64,000 bases of DNA, taken from an uncultured Nitrososphaerales archaeon. Lineage in GTDB: Archaea; Thermoproteota; Nitrososphaeria; Nitrososphaerales; Nitrososphaeraceae. Under the pieces are notes generated by a model, which saw only the letters and a program-made list of their open reading frames with translations, was not told the origin of the DNA and made no database searches. Shown here in pieces: positions 43,446 to 53,791 of the stretch. Location: assembly GCA_963709405.1 (NCBI GenBank), contig CAVPXM010000053.1, positions 1-64,000 on the forward strand, in the 5' to 3' direction. A program made the position numbers and the translations under genes. How positions within the stretch are numbered: position 1 is the first letter of the stretch; each line of letters opens with the position of its first letter.

Positions 43446-43814
43446 AAAATCATAACGTGATCCTAAATATATATCATTAAACATTTGCTCGTTATTTCAG
43501 GATATTCACTACGTTATAATGAATCATTGGCAGAACAGGTTCATGTGACTTTTCAGTAAGCCAAGCTAGTTAGATAAGTAAAAATGATCTGCTAATTATG
43601 TTATTATTAAGAGTAACTAGTTTTCAATTTATACATCTTATATTATTCAATTAAGCAAAATGTCACCCCAGTCAAATTTAGTTGTCGAATGCAATCGTGA
43701 ATTTTGTTTTAAAAGCTCCTGCGAAGGAGGTGAGTTGATCTGAAGGTCAGATCAAAGTACTGGGATATGTTTGCGTCAAGAATACCTGGAGAAAATTCGA
43801 CATCAAATGCTGTC

Positions 43815-45383
43815 TTAGTTTTTTGGAATCTTCACAGCATCGGAATTTGCGTTATTCTCATAAAAAAGGCCAAGAGAAGACAGTATTTTTTTTCCTCCAC
43901 TGGTTGAAGATAATTGAGAAACTATGTCACTAATTCTGACCATATATTCTTCTCGCTGCTTGTTAGGTGCATCATAGCGTAAAATTAATTCACCTTTGAT
44001 GGGACTTTTTACTATTAACATTTGTATTAATGACGCAAAACCAGAGGCTATTGATCCCAAAAATGAGATTATTAAATCCTCATCATATGACAAATGGTTA
44101 CCTGCCGTTTGATCATTATTTAGAACAGCTGCTTCTTTATCGCTGACTCTAATGGAATAGAGCTTCACATGCGAAGACATTATACGAGAGTCCAATACCT
44201 CTCGCAGTTTCTCCTCAAGTTTACTTCCCATATTCATGATGCATGAAATATCGGTAGCCCGATAAAACTGCTTCTGAAGCAGGTCTATCCGGCGGGTTTC
44301 TTTTTCATCGACATACTCGACTCTAGGGACTTTACCTTCAGCTATTAGTCGTGTATAATTGGATGATCTCGCTGATACTGTTGAGAGCTCAGTGTCAGCA
44401 TAAAGATCCTTCAAATCGTACTCGATTCTTAGAACTTTGTCTGTAGGCCTTGATTCATCAGAAAGTATCACCGATAAGGACTTCCCACGTTCCAATTTTG
44501 CATGTGTGATATAATAATTCTCGGCTGAAATAAGATCTAGTTCTCTTTCAGAATCGCTTTGCTCGCTGGAATGGCCTAATCTAAAGGATCTTTTTAATTT
44601 CTCCGAGATAGAGGTTTTAAAACCAATTGGAATAGACATTTGATCTATTCCTAGGTCAAGTACCTTCCTATTGCTATTCCAAAAACCTACAATAGAGGTA
44701 TCAACATAAAATGAGTATGAAACTGAAGGGGTCGCTATGTTATCGGTTTCCCGATCTGATCCCAACATGATTTCAGTGGTGCGAGAGATCCTATAGCTGC
44801 CGCCATCCTCCTCCACATTCACTATCAGGACATTTGACGCCTTAGATATTAGTGTACTTGGTAAATTATGTTCATCCTTTGATAGCCATGCCTGCAGAAG
44901 TATCATAGAACTCATGTAAGAATCCTCCATCTTAGATCTAACGTACCTCTTGTATTCATCAAAGCGGATAGCACATTCTCTTTCCACATCTGTAATAGAA
45001 CGCACTAAGGAATTTTTGATCCTATAAAATGGCTCTGAATCTATTAGATCTGGGAAAAGCACTTTGATCATTCTTTCATAGAATTCCTCATAAAATGTAT
45101 CCATTGCTGATTCGCTGGTGGTCTTAAATAGACTCATCCTTGTGTTTATTCCTTCTTGCAATATCTCTGTGTTCTTCAATAGAAAATTCAATTTATCCAC
45201 GTTTCTGTGAATTTGAAGTACGTGGGCTGAAATCGAAACGAAATCCTTCAACATATCTACAATATTTTTGTTTTCTTCTAACGGCGAATAATCACCAAAA
45301 AGATATTTCCCCTCGCTTAGATTGTTGCTCTGAGAAGAGGTGGCAGAATCAACATTGGTTCGGTTCTTGTTCTCATGTCCCAT
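43815..45383 (-). CDS. Hypothetical protein, 522 aa, helical N-terminal half
   Basis: Long uninterrupted ORF; no family recognised. Confidence 0.8.
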   Translation of the reverse strand: MGHENKNRTNVDSATSSQSNNLSEGKYLFGDYSPLEENKNIVDMLKDFVSISAHVLQIHRNVDKLNFLLKNTEILQEGINTRMSLFKTTSESAMDTFYEEFYERMIKVLFPDLIDSEPFYRIKNSLVRSITDVERECAIRFDEYKRYVRSKMEDSYMSSMILLQAWLSKDEHNLPSTLISKASNVLIVNVEEDGGSYRISRTTEIMLGSDRETDNIATPSVSYSFYVDTSIVGFWNSNRKVLDLGIDQMSIPIGFKTSISEKLKRSFRLGHSSEQSDSERELDLISAENYYITHAKLERGKSLSVILSDESRPTDKVLRIEYDLKDLYADTELSTVSARSSNYTRLIAEGKVPRVEYVDEKETRRIDLLQKQFYRATDISCIMNMGSKLEEKLREVLDSRIMSSHVKLYSIRVSDKEAAVLNNDQTAGNHLSYDEDLIISFLGSIASGFASLIQMLIVKSPIKGELILRYDAPNKQREEYMVRISDIVSQLSSTSGGKKILSSLGLFYENNANSDAVKIPKN

Positions 45384-45616
45384 TGTTGCAAGGTATATAC
45401 ATTTTCAATATATGAATCAAAGTATTCACTGCATTAAGCACTAAGAATCCGAATCGTGCTCGGGGCAAAAGTCTGAATTTGCTTTGTTAAACACTTGTGT
45501 AAATCGCAAATACATCATGATTTTAGTTTCATTCATTGTTAGACCCGTTGCGATACATGAATACTATAAAATCCCCATATTTAATATAATAACAATGGAG
45601 CTAAAATATAGTTCAA

Positions 45617-46560
45617 TCAATTAAGGAAGGGTATCCGAAATGACTTCTCCGTCTCACAATTAGGATTAGGACATCTAATAAACATTATAGGTTGGTTTAC
45701 AGTATTTGCACAAATCATCCGTATTTTGTATTCTAATAGATCAACAGCAATCGGTATATAATATTGACACTTTGTACAATAACCTTCGAGTGCAAGGTTT
45801 AGGGTCATTTCTAACTTAAATAGTTTTTTAATTCTTATCATTGTTTACTTGCAAATCCATTCTTCTTTCTCAATCCCTTTAAATTGAACTACTAAATTCT
45901 GGATTTCAGGTTCTAATCTTTCTCGCATAAAATGAATTTTAATCGTCAGTCAAGATCCTTGACATCAACCCTGGATTTGTTCGTTAATTTCTCTGACCGT
46001 AGTTACGGTCGGATTGTCAGATAACAGTGTCGTTTTAATTAGATCAATTATATCCTGAAACATTCAGCTGTTTACACATATTGAAAAAATCTGAATAGAA
46101 TATCGAAGAAGATGGTGCGTGTAGTCCGGTACGAAAGATTGATTGAATTGAATCATATGCCCCTGAAATGATATCATCTATATTATATTCTCTATCACTC
46201 CTCAACGACCATGCAATTAAGAATCCGAATGGAGTATAAGCATAAAGCTTAACTACTCCTCCTCCTTTCCTATTTTGTCTTGTGCCAAATGGTTTAATCA
46301 ATTCGAGTTTTATAAAATTTTCAATCTTGCTTTTAATACTCATTAGCAGACTTTCAATTTCTGTCTGTGGGCTAGATAACGGCTTCTTATTATACCTATC
46401 AACATAATTTTTATTATTGTATCTTAACCATTTAGTAACGTCATATATGCTGAATGAATAATGCTTACTATTTTCACTCTCTTTTGATTTTTTAGTTACT
46501 ATTGCGTATTTTAAAATATCTTGATAAAGGACAGCTCATCAGCGAAATTCCCAGTATCTC
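45617..46560 (-). pseudogene. Fragmented wHTH...Zn-ribbon protein (paralog 2)
   Basis: Wing-like KLYAYTPFGFLIAW and C-terminal LALEGYCTKC...CPNPNC in separate frames. Confidence 0.55.
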
Positions 46561-46653
46561 TTCAAAGAATGAATCAATCCCAATTGATATCTGTTCGGCC
46601 GTCACGAAGAGTTTGTGGCTTAAGAGAATAATAAATTTAATTAATCAAAATTA

Positions 46654-47300
46654 CTACCTCAAACCTATATGGTAATCAAAGACAGAATAGAAAATACGCT
46701 CTGCAAGCTGTGTACAGTTATGTAAGCATCTTCTTACTTCTACGCAATAGCAACATAGGATCATTGGTAGGAGCTTCGTATTTTCTAAATAAGCCATAGT
46801 TTCTATATGTATAGCCGAGATGCATGGCCACGACTCTGGCAAACTCCTTCCAGTGCAAGAATATTTGGTTGGTCCCTAAGTTCAAAACGCAATTCTTCAA
46901 ATCCTCTAATGTATTTTACCTGCTCTCCCATTATTCCTTCAATTTCTAATTTTATGTGTTGCAGAACACACTTTTTCATTTCTTCATCCAATTCATCCAT
47001 TGTTTCACTCCACAACTGAGAATAAAGATTTGCTTTGCCTTTGTCCGTAAAATGTAGGATTCCCAAGTTCGAAAATAGTTCATTCATATTCATAATTTTG
47101 ACGTTTGAATCATTCATTCTTGCTCTTAAAACATCTATAACAAATTCTCCGAATACTCCTCTTTTCCTATATTTTGTAAATAATCCTAAGGCAAAGATAT
47201 CGTATGAGGAAGCAGTATCTTTATCGTGGATATCTAATAAATTGTATATTTGTTCTTCAGCTAGTATTTTTTTTCTTGATTTAGCGCCCTCTAAAATCCA
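46654..47300 (-). pseudogene. Fragmented paralog of the 45617-46560 gene (paralog 1)
   Basis: IKLEIE...FEELRF...NILALEGVCQ followed by a Cys-rich tail in another frame. Confidence 0.5.
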
Positions 47301-47380
47301 ATGTTACGAGATTAAGCAATCCTCTGGTTCCCATCAGCATCAAAACTATCAATAAAGAAACGGTCGAATAATAGTATCAA

Positions 47381-47592
47381 ATGCCCATCATCTTCCCTGA
47401 CAAACAAGAAGGGAATATTCTAACGACCTCGATCTAGAATCTATAGAGTATACTCCATACAGGTACTACAAGAACGACTTCACCCTAGTTTTGCCTAAAG
47501 AATTTGCCGTTAGATTAGGAATTGGCAAGGGCGATTTTTTGAAATGCAGTGTTGACGGTCAAAGGTTAGTCGTAGAAAAGGTGGAGACCTAA
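47381..47592 (+). CDS. AbrB/MazE/SpoVT-family DNA-binding protein (5' frameshift; absent from the ORF track)
   Basis: Frame ending at TAA 47590-47592 reads FTLVLPKEFAVRLGIGKGDFLKCSVDGQRLVVEKV. Confidence 0.78.
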
Positions 47593-47894
47593 TGGACAAG
47601 CTGAAAATCGAGAAGGCTCGATTTGAAGGTAAATGTTCGAAATGCGAGCGTTATCAGAAACAAATTGACAGATTAAAAAAGGCATTCATAGAGGCAGACG
47701 ATGAAAATGTACGTTGCTGCATGAAATACGAAGATAAAATTTTGAAATTTAAAGCCGAGAAAGAATGGTTAGAAGATGAGCACAGTTCAGCAAGTCAAAG
47801 CAAGAAGAAAGCGTTAGGAAAGGTCGGTAGCCCGAACTCTAATGCCGAATTGCGCGCACCCTCTTCAGTCAGAGGTGAAGAAATTGAGCACTAG
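47592..47894 (+). CDS. Hypothetical CxxC/coiled-coil protein coupled to the AbrB gene
   Basis: TAATG stop/start overlap; CSKC followed by a charged helix. Confidence 0.55.
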   Translation: MDKLKIEKARFEGKCSKCERYQKQIDRLKKAFIEADDENVRCCMKYEDKILKFKAEKEWLEDEHSSASQSKKKALGKVGSPNSNAELRAPSSVRGEEIEH

Positions 47895-48186
47895 AAATAG
47901 ATTCTCTGAGGATAAAGATAAGTCTTCTGTTGGTGACCTAGAGCAGATTATACCAAGCCCAACGACCATATCAGCTAGATCATAAAGCTGCAACCTTACG
48001 GGTCCTACAAGTAATGAGTGATTCTTAAAAATAAGATCAGATCTATAGAACTAACATATCATCCACAGACTTAATTTACATCTTTAAAATAACTTATGAT
48101 TATGGCAAGAATAAAAGGCTTTAATTTATCAAAATACATGAGATCATTAAATGAAAATAAGGCATATCTGATATTGTGATCATTAA

Positions 48187-48917
48187 ATGAAAATAAGATT
48201 GATTTATCTTGGTATTGGGGGGTCTATATTAATAATAATCGTGGTTTTAGTTTACTTAGAGGGTAATGCAGGCGTAAGTAATGGCAATATTAAGAAAGTA
48301 CAAGACGATACTGCGAATAATGTTGCACAGCATTCTGATTCACAAAGAAGCATCAGAATTTCAGTCGCAAACGTAACGGTAAATAAAATTAATAATAATA
48401 ATTCATATATTCAGGTGATTTTTGATGTTAATAATCCTACTGTTATATTTTTTATAGGAGTACTTCAGTAAGTGATTGATATTATTATATCTAGTGCGGA
48501 TTTTGCCGAGACCGGTGATAATTTGCGATGTATGGGTATATGAAGCGAGTTCCTTGACTTATATCACGAATATTTGCATACTTACTGACGAGCAATAGTG
48601 CTATCTGTGGCTATGCAAGTTAGATTTGAGAGCAGATCGACTGGCAGCACAGTAACTCAGGTATACAAGAGTTTATAACTACAGCATATGATTGAGGATT
48701 GTACTTTTGTATGTGGCAGCTAGTTCTCAGCAGGAGGATCAACGAGTTAAACGATCTAGGTCTAAGGCATCACTATAGAAGTTATCTGGCTGACACTTCC
48801 ACAGGCTTACGAGGTATCAAGATATGTAGTGCAGTCAGAGCGTCAGGGAGGGGAACTATAACCCTAGAAGAAATTCAGTATGACATGATGATAGGGAACA
48901 CTCGCTTATCAGCATGA
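48187..48917 (+). pseudogene. Membrane-anchored LEA_2/WHy-like protein gene interrupted by about 400 bp
   Basis: N-terminal TM helix, IQVIFDVNNP (to about 48440), resuming as GTITLEEIQYDM at about 48850. Confidence 0.5.
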
Positions 48918-48924
48918 ATACGTA

Positions 48925-49590
48925 TCTTAGTCTAGTAATCTCTTCCAATTTTCTCACTCTGTACCAGTATTCTCTATGAGCAATTATAGTCGCCTAGCGG
49001 GTAAGCAATAGTCCACCGGCAGAAGCTGGAAACTATTATTGCCGTTCGAAGAAAAAGAAGAAGGACTATTACTATCCCCAGTATCTGCCGTATAGTCACC
49101 CTTTCCTCCCCCGACCAAGGCGCGGGTTTCAACTTTTAATCGAGTATAATCATAATTTACCGGAACTGAACAGCTTGCTAGGACAAAGTCTGCTATGATA
49201 CCATCGTCGTATCTTATAACGTGTTCAAATAGTTCAGTATTCTCCTGATCTTTGCGAAGCTACAGATTTCACTACGTATCTACGTATTCGACTTCTTGTT
49301 CATCTCTTTTGTAGCATCGGAAACCACAGGAGTAAGTCTGTACATCACAGCAACTAGCAAGAGTCTCGGTTATTATTTGAGTTGTAGAATGGAAACTTGG
49401 CAAACTTTTCAACTAATGGCTATGTATAGATATAAGTATTTGATGGATAAAAAATCTATGTCTGGCAAAGGTGTCTTTGGTATAAACACGTGGAACTCTT
49501 TAAAATAAATTCAGTGCTAAATATTTCGCAGATTCTCTGAGCAATTGTCTATGCAATGAGGGCTTCTTGACTCCTTCCGCTGACATCTAT
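48925..49590 (-). pseudogene. Degraded patatin-like phospholipase
   Basis: Minus-strand remnants PRLLLVAV, DGIIADFVLASCSVPVNYDY, GGLL and IIAHREYWYRV across many indels. Confidence 0.65.
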
Positions 49591-49645
49591 TCCTATCATA
49601 GTGTAATAGTTCTGTAATCCTCAAGGACAGGCAAGTAGTTAATCG

Positions 49646-50059
49646 TCATAATTTGGGATAGTATTTTGATACGAGCAGATCATATTTTCCCTGTCTCCAG
49701 CATTCTTCTACAGCATTAAGCTCAGACGAGCCTTTTGGAAAATATATTACTTTCAGAACATCTTTGTTTTGCTCTATGTGTTCTCTTACTATGATGGACC
49801 GGTGATGCTGACGTGCTCTATCTATGAACAGTATTAGTTTTCCAAACTTCTTTTGCACTTGTATGAGATAATGCAGAAAGGTGTATTGGTTAAAGGAATC
49901 ATATTGACGAAAGAGCTGTCTGTCATTCATGCTTAGTGCACCAAATACACAGGTCCTTTGATGTGATCCAGTAATAGTTACAATTGGTCTGATTCTATCT
50001 GCAGTCCACATCTTCCTTCGAACCAAAGACTCATGTATGAAGATGGATTCTCCGTGCAT
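49646..50059 (-). mobile_element. IS630-family transposase fragment, divergent from copies A and B
   Basis: ESIF, TGSHQRTCVFGAL, FIDRARQH, PKGSSELNAVEECW. Confidence 0.85.
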
Positions 50060-50684
50060 TTATCTGGAATAAAATATATCAGGGAAACGCAGAGTACACA
50101 ATAGATGGAACTATTTCATATAAATCTACAACCGGATTAGAATCGAATAGATTAGAGAAGGACTTTAAGTTAACATTTCCTCCCCCGTCGTAATATTGTA
50201 TAACACGATAACGCATGTAGCTTGATTTCGAAATTAGATAGATGAGGATTATCCATCATAGTTCAGAAATCTAGTACGTAAATAAATGTAATTTGTTTGT
50301 CATAAGGTTCAGACACGCGATTCTTGACGTTAAAACTGCAGACCAACTAGGATAGGAGATCATTGTCAATCCCAAAACTAAGCCAAACCTCGCCGGATTT
50401 TATACCATTTAGCAGAATGTTTAGGCCGACAATCCTTGACAATCAGATATAATGTTAGAATGACGATCTCATCATCTTACTTTCAAGATGAATATATATT
50501 TGCAAATAAGTAAATTGGATTCGATACGATAATAATGTCCCGCATTATTTGTTAGTCTTTTTAGTCTTTTCGTACTTTCTAACAGAAATACAGTTCCGAA
50601 GATTTCCATAAACGTTGGATTATTAGTAGTTTAACTAATCAATGATTTACCGAATCAAACGTCAAGTAGAATAGATCAATTCAT

Positions 50685-52094
50685 CTATTCTACAAGTATC
50701 TTGCTTGCCAAGTCTTTAACTGCGACTGACTTGATATTAACAAATTCCTTGATTCCGAATTCAGATAATTCTCTACCGATGCCTGAATATTTTACTCCCC
50801 CGAAAGGCAGCCTTGGATCTGATCGAACCATTTCGTTCACTCTCACTATACCACTCTGAATTTGTCTTGCTAATCTGACGCCCTTCTCTAAATCGTTTGT
50901 CCAAATACTTGCTCCCAGGCCAAATTCAGAGTTGTTTGCCTCTTGGATAGCTTCTGACTCATTATTTACAATTATAACAGGAGCCGCGGGTCCAAATACT
51001 TCTTCTTTTACAACGGCCATATCGGAGGTTACATCTGATATCACAGTTGGCTCGTAGAAATAACCATCACCTGGAATTTTTTTTCCGCCAGTTAAAATTC
51101 TGGCCCCCTTAGTTTTTGCATCATTGATTTGCTGTTCTAAGGCTTGTCTTTGGTTATCTCTGACTAGAGGGCCAACCGTAGTCTTGGGATTCATGGGATC
51201 CCCTACTACCTCATTTCTTGTATTTTCCACAAACAGCCTAAGGAATTTTTCAGCAACATCCTTTACAACAATGAACCTCTTTGCGGCAATACAGCTTTGT
51301 CCCGTGTTTAATAATCTAGACTGTACAGCCAGTTGCGCAGTTTGGATTAGGTCTGCATCCTCAAGTACAATAAACGGGTCACTACCACCCAATTCTAAGA
51401 CTGATTTTTTTAGACTTTTCGACGCGAGTTCTCCGATTCGTCTGCCTGTTTCAACGCTACCAGTCACTGATACTGCGTCAACTCCTGGGGTTTGGATTAA
51501 TGCCTCACCAACTCTATAGTCTCCGATGACAGCTTGAAATACGCCTTCAGGAAATCCAGCATGTTGAAAAGCTCTTTCTATCTCTAATGCGCTGCCTAAA
51601 CAAACGCTAGAATGCTTTAATATTCCGACATTTCCGGCAATCAAAGCTGGTACTGCATAACGCATAACTTGCCAAAAAGGAAAGTTCCAGGGCATAATAC
51701 CCGCAATAACACCTAGAGGTTCAAAAGACACAAAACTTTTGCGAAATTCTGTCGGGATTATTTCGTCTCTAAGAAAAGCCTCGGCGTGTTCGGCATAATA
51801 ATCACAGAGCCATTCACACTTTTCTATTTCAGCCATTGATTGTCTAATGGGTTTACCCATCTCCTCTGTTACTAGAGTAGAATATGACTCCTTATTTCTT
51901 CTTAGCACTTTTACCAAATTTCGGATATAATCGCAACGCTCAGTTATCTCCTTCTTTCTCCAAAGGTCAAAAGCAATCCTTGATTTTTTAACAATTTGAG
52001 ATATCTGTCCTGCGTCCATAACATCAAACGAACGTACTATCTTTCCGGTAGCAGGATTGATTGTCTCAACTTTGCTATTACTGGACATATCCAT
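50685..52094 (-). CDS. NAD(P)-dependent aldehyde dehydrogenase (succinate-semialdehyde dehydrogenase Sad/GabD-like)
   Basis: IMPWNFPFWQ, TGS, LELGGSDP, GQSCIAAKR, EEVFGP, PFGGVKYSG. Confidence 0.92.
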   Translation of the reverse strand: MDMSSNSKVETINPATGKIVRSFDVMDAGQISQIVKKSRIAFDLWRKKEITERCDYIRNLVKVLRRNKESYSTLVTEEMGKPIRQSMAEIEKCEWLCDYYAEHAEAFLRDEIIPTEFRKSFVSFEPLGVIAGIMPWNFPFWQVMRYAVPALIAGNVGILKHSSVCLGSALEIERAFQHAGFPEGVFQAVIGDYRVGEALIQTPGVDAVSVTGSVETGRRIGELASKSLKKSVLELGGSDPFIVLEDADLIQTAQLAVQSRLLNTGQSCIAAKRFIVVKDVAEKFLRLFVENTRNEVVGDPMNPKTTVGPLVRDNQRQALEQQINDAKTKGARILTGGKKIPGDGYFYEPTVISDVTSDMAVVKEEVFGPAAPVIIVNNESEAIQEANNSEFGLGASIWTNDLEKGVRLARQIQSGIVRVNEMVRSDPRLPFGGVKYSGIGRELSEFGIKEFVNIKSVAVKDLASKILVE

Positions 52095-52478
52095 ATATCT
52101 ACTAGTCTCTCTATATTATCTAATCTGCCTGGTAATGATCAGTGGGACCATATTGTGAAATAGATACATCGTTTGGCTGATCATTATGTCAGAATTATCT
52201 GCGAGCAACAACGAAGATACCGTTATTAGATTCACAAAATCGTATGCATCAATAGACTGCAAAGATGATTGCAATTAACGGTGACTTGGTGCGTGAACCA
52301 GATCTGCGAGATACGTTTTCTTTAGTCGTTAATCTTGCAGATTATTCCTCTGAAAAATAGTCTTGGCTATTTGTTCTGAATAATAAAGTAGATGAAAAAA
52401 GGAAAGAAATTGAACACGATCACACTTATCATACTATCTTACCAACTACCTATTAAAAATGCAATCATCTTTGATTCG

Positions 52479-52895
52479 ATGTCTATAGGAAATAGATCGA
52501 CTAGATTCCTGTTTTCAATAGGAACAGCTGTTATGTTAGTCATTGGAGCGTCTTTTGTCCACTATGCTGTCGCTCAAGAAAAAGATGGCAATCATATAAA
52601 AGTTGCAAAATTCGATGTGAAGGTCTCGAAAAGGAATTTAAACGAATTATCAAACTGTGAATCCGATCTGTCTAAGGATGATGGCCAACTGACTTCTGCG
52701 GATGTCCGAGACTGTTACAGCCAAATATTTACAAACTCAAACAATACTGCGGCACAAGCATCAAAAAAGAATTTAAACGAATTATCAAACTGTGAATCCG
52801 ATCTGTCTAAGGATGATGGCCAACTGACTTCTGCGGATGTCCGAGACTGTTACAGCCAAATATTTACAAACTCAAACAATACTGCGGCACATTAG
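52479..52895 (+). CDS. Secreted protein with a duplicated two-Cys module
   Basis: Signal peptide ending AVA-QE; module NLNELSNCESDLSKDDGQLTSADVRDCYSQIFTNSNNTAA occurs twice. Confidence 0.7.
   Translation: MSIGNRSTRFLFSIGTAVMLVIGASFVHYAVAQEKDGNHIKVAKFDVKVSKRNLNELSNCESDLSKDDGQLTSADVRDCYSQIFTNSNNTAAQASKKNLNELSNCESDLSKDDGQLTSADVRDCYSQIFTNSNNTAAH
52634..52891. repeat. Exact 123-bp direct repeat, period 135 bp
   Basis: Copies at 52634-52756 and 52769-52891. Confidence 0.95.
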
Positions 52896-52983
52896 CCAAA
52901 GTCAGCGTCAAATGGCCTACGGAGAAAACTTGACAAGATAAGGCTGAAATAGCGTAAATGAGTCCAGTTCCATAAAACCGTAG

Positions 52984-53673
52984 CTAAATCTTTAACCTTC
53001 TTTTTCTTCTAATAATCGCCTCAAATTTTATGGTGGTTAACAAGTATGAAAGTGTAGGATTGATAGCTGTGATTGCTGCTGGGAATCGTGAGAGTCCTTC
53101 AGTAACACGCAAAATGAGTGTCATATCACATAAATGTGTGAATTCTTTAACCTTAATATCTGCATTAATTAAACCACTCTCTACTTGCTGTAAGACTCTT
53201 TTTGTAATCCAAGTCGCATCTCTAAAATCCGCGATAATATGCAATTTCATTTCTTTACCTGTCCACAACTCTGGCAAATTCTTCAAAAGGTTAGTCACAT
53301 AATCATCATCAGTATCAGAAACACTGATTGCTGTGGATATTGGTACATTATCCTCAGGTGGCAAATCTCTTGTTAAAGAGGTAAGACGCTTATCCGAGCC
53401 TCTATCTTGAGAATAACTCTCATCATGTATATACTCAAGTTCGTTGTTTTCAATTTCTGCTTGAGGTGAAGTTTCATCTGAGTCTGCATTTCTCAATTCA
53501 CGAGATGACTTCGATTCAGTGTTTGGTGAATATTGGGGTTGAGGTTCAACATAGCCTAGGTTCTCCTTATTTTCTTGTGGTTCTGAAAATACTGACAAGT
53601 CTTCATCAGGGGGGTTTTGTTTCAATTTTTTCTGAAACCAGTCCTTAAATCCCACAAGAGTACAATGATACAA
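52984..53673 (-). CDS. Hypothetical protein: acidic disordered N-terminus and a possible SepF-like C-terminal domain
   Basis: Amphipathic start GFKDWFQKKL, long acidic linker, about 90-aa alpha/beta domain. Confidence 0.6.
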   Translation of the reverse strand: MYHCTLVGFKDWFQKKLKQNPPDEDLSVFSEPQENKENLGYVEPQPQYSPNTESKSSRELRNADSDETSPQAEIENNELEYIHDESYSQDRGSDKRLTSLTRDLPPEDNVPISTAISVSDTDDDYVTNLLKNLPELWTGKEMKLHIIADFRDATWITKRVLQQVESGLINADIKVKEFTHLCDMTLILRVTEGLSRFPAAITAINPTLSYLLTTIKFEAIIRRKRRLKI

Positions 53674-53791
53674 CTTCTTAATAGAACTTTTGCGTTCACC
53701 AAAATTATATCCTGGGTTTGACGACTATCCCCAGAACTTTGGGGCAAAACCTCTGATGATTCCCTATTTTGACAATAGTTATCTCAAACAA

